Assembly: GCA_010015585.1 (NCBI GenBank) | Contig: ML975151.1 | Strand: one strand, 5' to 3' | Source of the DNA: Eremomyces bilateralis CBS 781.70 | Lineage: Eukaryota | DNA length: 64,000 bases | Part shown: positions 62,720-64,000 of the stretch, one piece after another | Numbering within the stretch: the stretch's first letter is position 1 | How the letters are laid out: each line of letters opens with the position of its first letter | Notes under the pieces: model-generated | The model's database searches: none | The model's input: only the letters and a program-made list of their open reading frames with translations | Told to the model about the DNA's origin: nothing | Program-made: the position numbers and the translations under genes

Positions 62720-64000
62720 GAAGACGCTATTCGGGGGGCAGAAAATCCGGCATTCCTGCGCAATGAAACGGAGGAAGTGTACAGAAGTGGAATTTTCGGC
62801 GCGAATTGATGGAAATGATGGGGTTGATGGGCTCCGACGATGAATGCGTGGTGAAGTGATAGTGGTCGTGGTGGTGAGAAGAGTGATGGAGTGGAACAGT
62901 GGAAGTGCCAATTGGGTGGAGGAAGTCGTGGTTTGGTGAGTGAGAGCTGGGTGGGTGAGAGAGTTGTGACTTGTGAGTGAATCCAGCAGAGAGACTGAGT
63001 GAAAGGAGTGACATGGAGGCGGTTTGCCCTGGCGGCCGGGGGGCTACTCCCTCCCCCTCCCCCTTACGGTTCACAGTTCACCTCACTGCAAAACTGCAAA
63101 GGCACCTGCTCTCGGCGGCGGGGATGTACGTAGTGTCACTTCTTACTTCTTAGAGATGTCCTCGCTTCCCTACTTCCTTACTTCCCTAATTACTTTTCTT
63201 CATCTTCAACTTCGGAATCATTACTATAGCGTGCCTTTCATGTTTTGATATAATTATTAGATTCTACTTATTGTTCGGAGCCAGTCATCATTATGTGATC
63301 CATTCAAAGTGCATGTCCAACCGTGGTGGTATGTCTGGACTGGTTGAGCCTACCATACTTCCAGGCATTGTGTCAAATGAAATCAACGACACTCAGGTCG
63401 AGGGAAGCTGTCTACCGGTAGCCTGGATTACCAAATACAGGTAGATATAAAATTCCTTGCTTCCGCTGCTTGAAAAATCGATGCTGGGGATGATGAACCG
63501 CCTGGTGAATCGTGGGAATTTATATATCGAGCGACCATCGCGGCCGTTCAATTGGAGGGCATTACAGGAGAACATGAGGCACTAGGCATCAGTATTTTAA
63601 TTACAGCCTTGATGCCTTACTGCCAGGTCTGGGTTGGGTTGGAGGGTTGGAGCAGAGGGTTTTGGAGGCTTCAACTAATACAGTCACGTGCAGCTGGAGG
63701 TCGGTTCATGTTCGGTTGATTTTCCCCTGCCCGCCACCAGAATGGTGCCTTGATGCCTCAGGTATCCACATCTTCTCCGGCCCAGCCACTGTTCTGCCCC
63801 ACCATCAATTCAGGTTCCATCCCCAAAATTTTATTTGGCCTGCACAATCCCCCAACTCCGACGAGACCATGCCCTGTAAACCATAGACAATGAGTAAACG
63901 ACCTGCGGAATCTGACGCCGAGGGGTTAGATCCCCTCAAGTCGGGTAATCGGCCGGAAAACGGCCAGGATCTCGCCCATGAGGCCGGCGAATTCGAAGAC

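Overview
Gene-dense, intron-rich DNA from a filamentous ascomycete (Pezizomycotina), judged from short GT-AG introns with CTRAC-type branch sites and conserved fungal proteins. Intact genes, left to right: mitochondrial MetRS, MSH3, NAT9-like GNAT, RPT4, enolase, a 409-aa orphan, a divergent CoA-ligase/thioesterase pair with PTS1-like ends, SPP2-like G-patch factor, HAM-8-like membrane protein, RimJ/RimL GNAT, LSM6, Rad60/Esc2-like protein, DUF3074-like protein, SAM+HMG protein, a six-exon LSM5 missed by the ORF track, pectate lyase, a hypothetical protein, FAP1/NF-X1, PRP28 and EAF1/VID21. Decayed elements are interspersed: a frameshifted alpha-factor-like (ccg-4/ppg1-type) pheromone precursor with a dense YTATTG promoter cluster, a multi-frameshift GPI cell-wall pseudogene, a disrupted PD-(D/E)xK-like gene, and a 433-bp MITE with 21-bp TIRs and a 5-bp TSD. 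No tRNA, rRNA or CRISPR was seen. No clearly novel system is demonstrated. The best leads are the pheromone locus, the peroxisomal ligase/thioesterase module with FarA-type sites, the MITE, and paired CACGTGA boxes upstream of three splicing genes. All family calls are from motif recognition by eye, not database searches.
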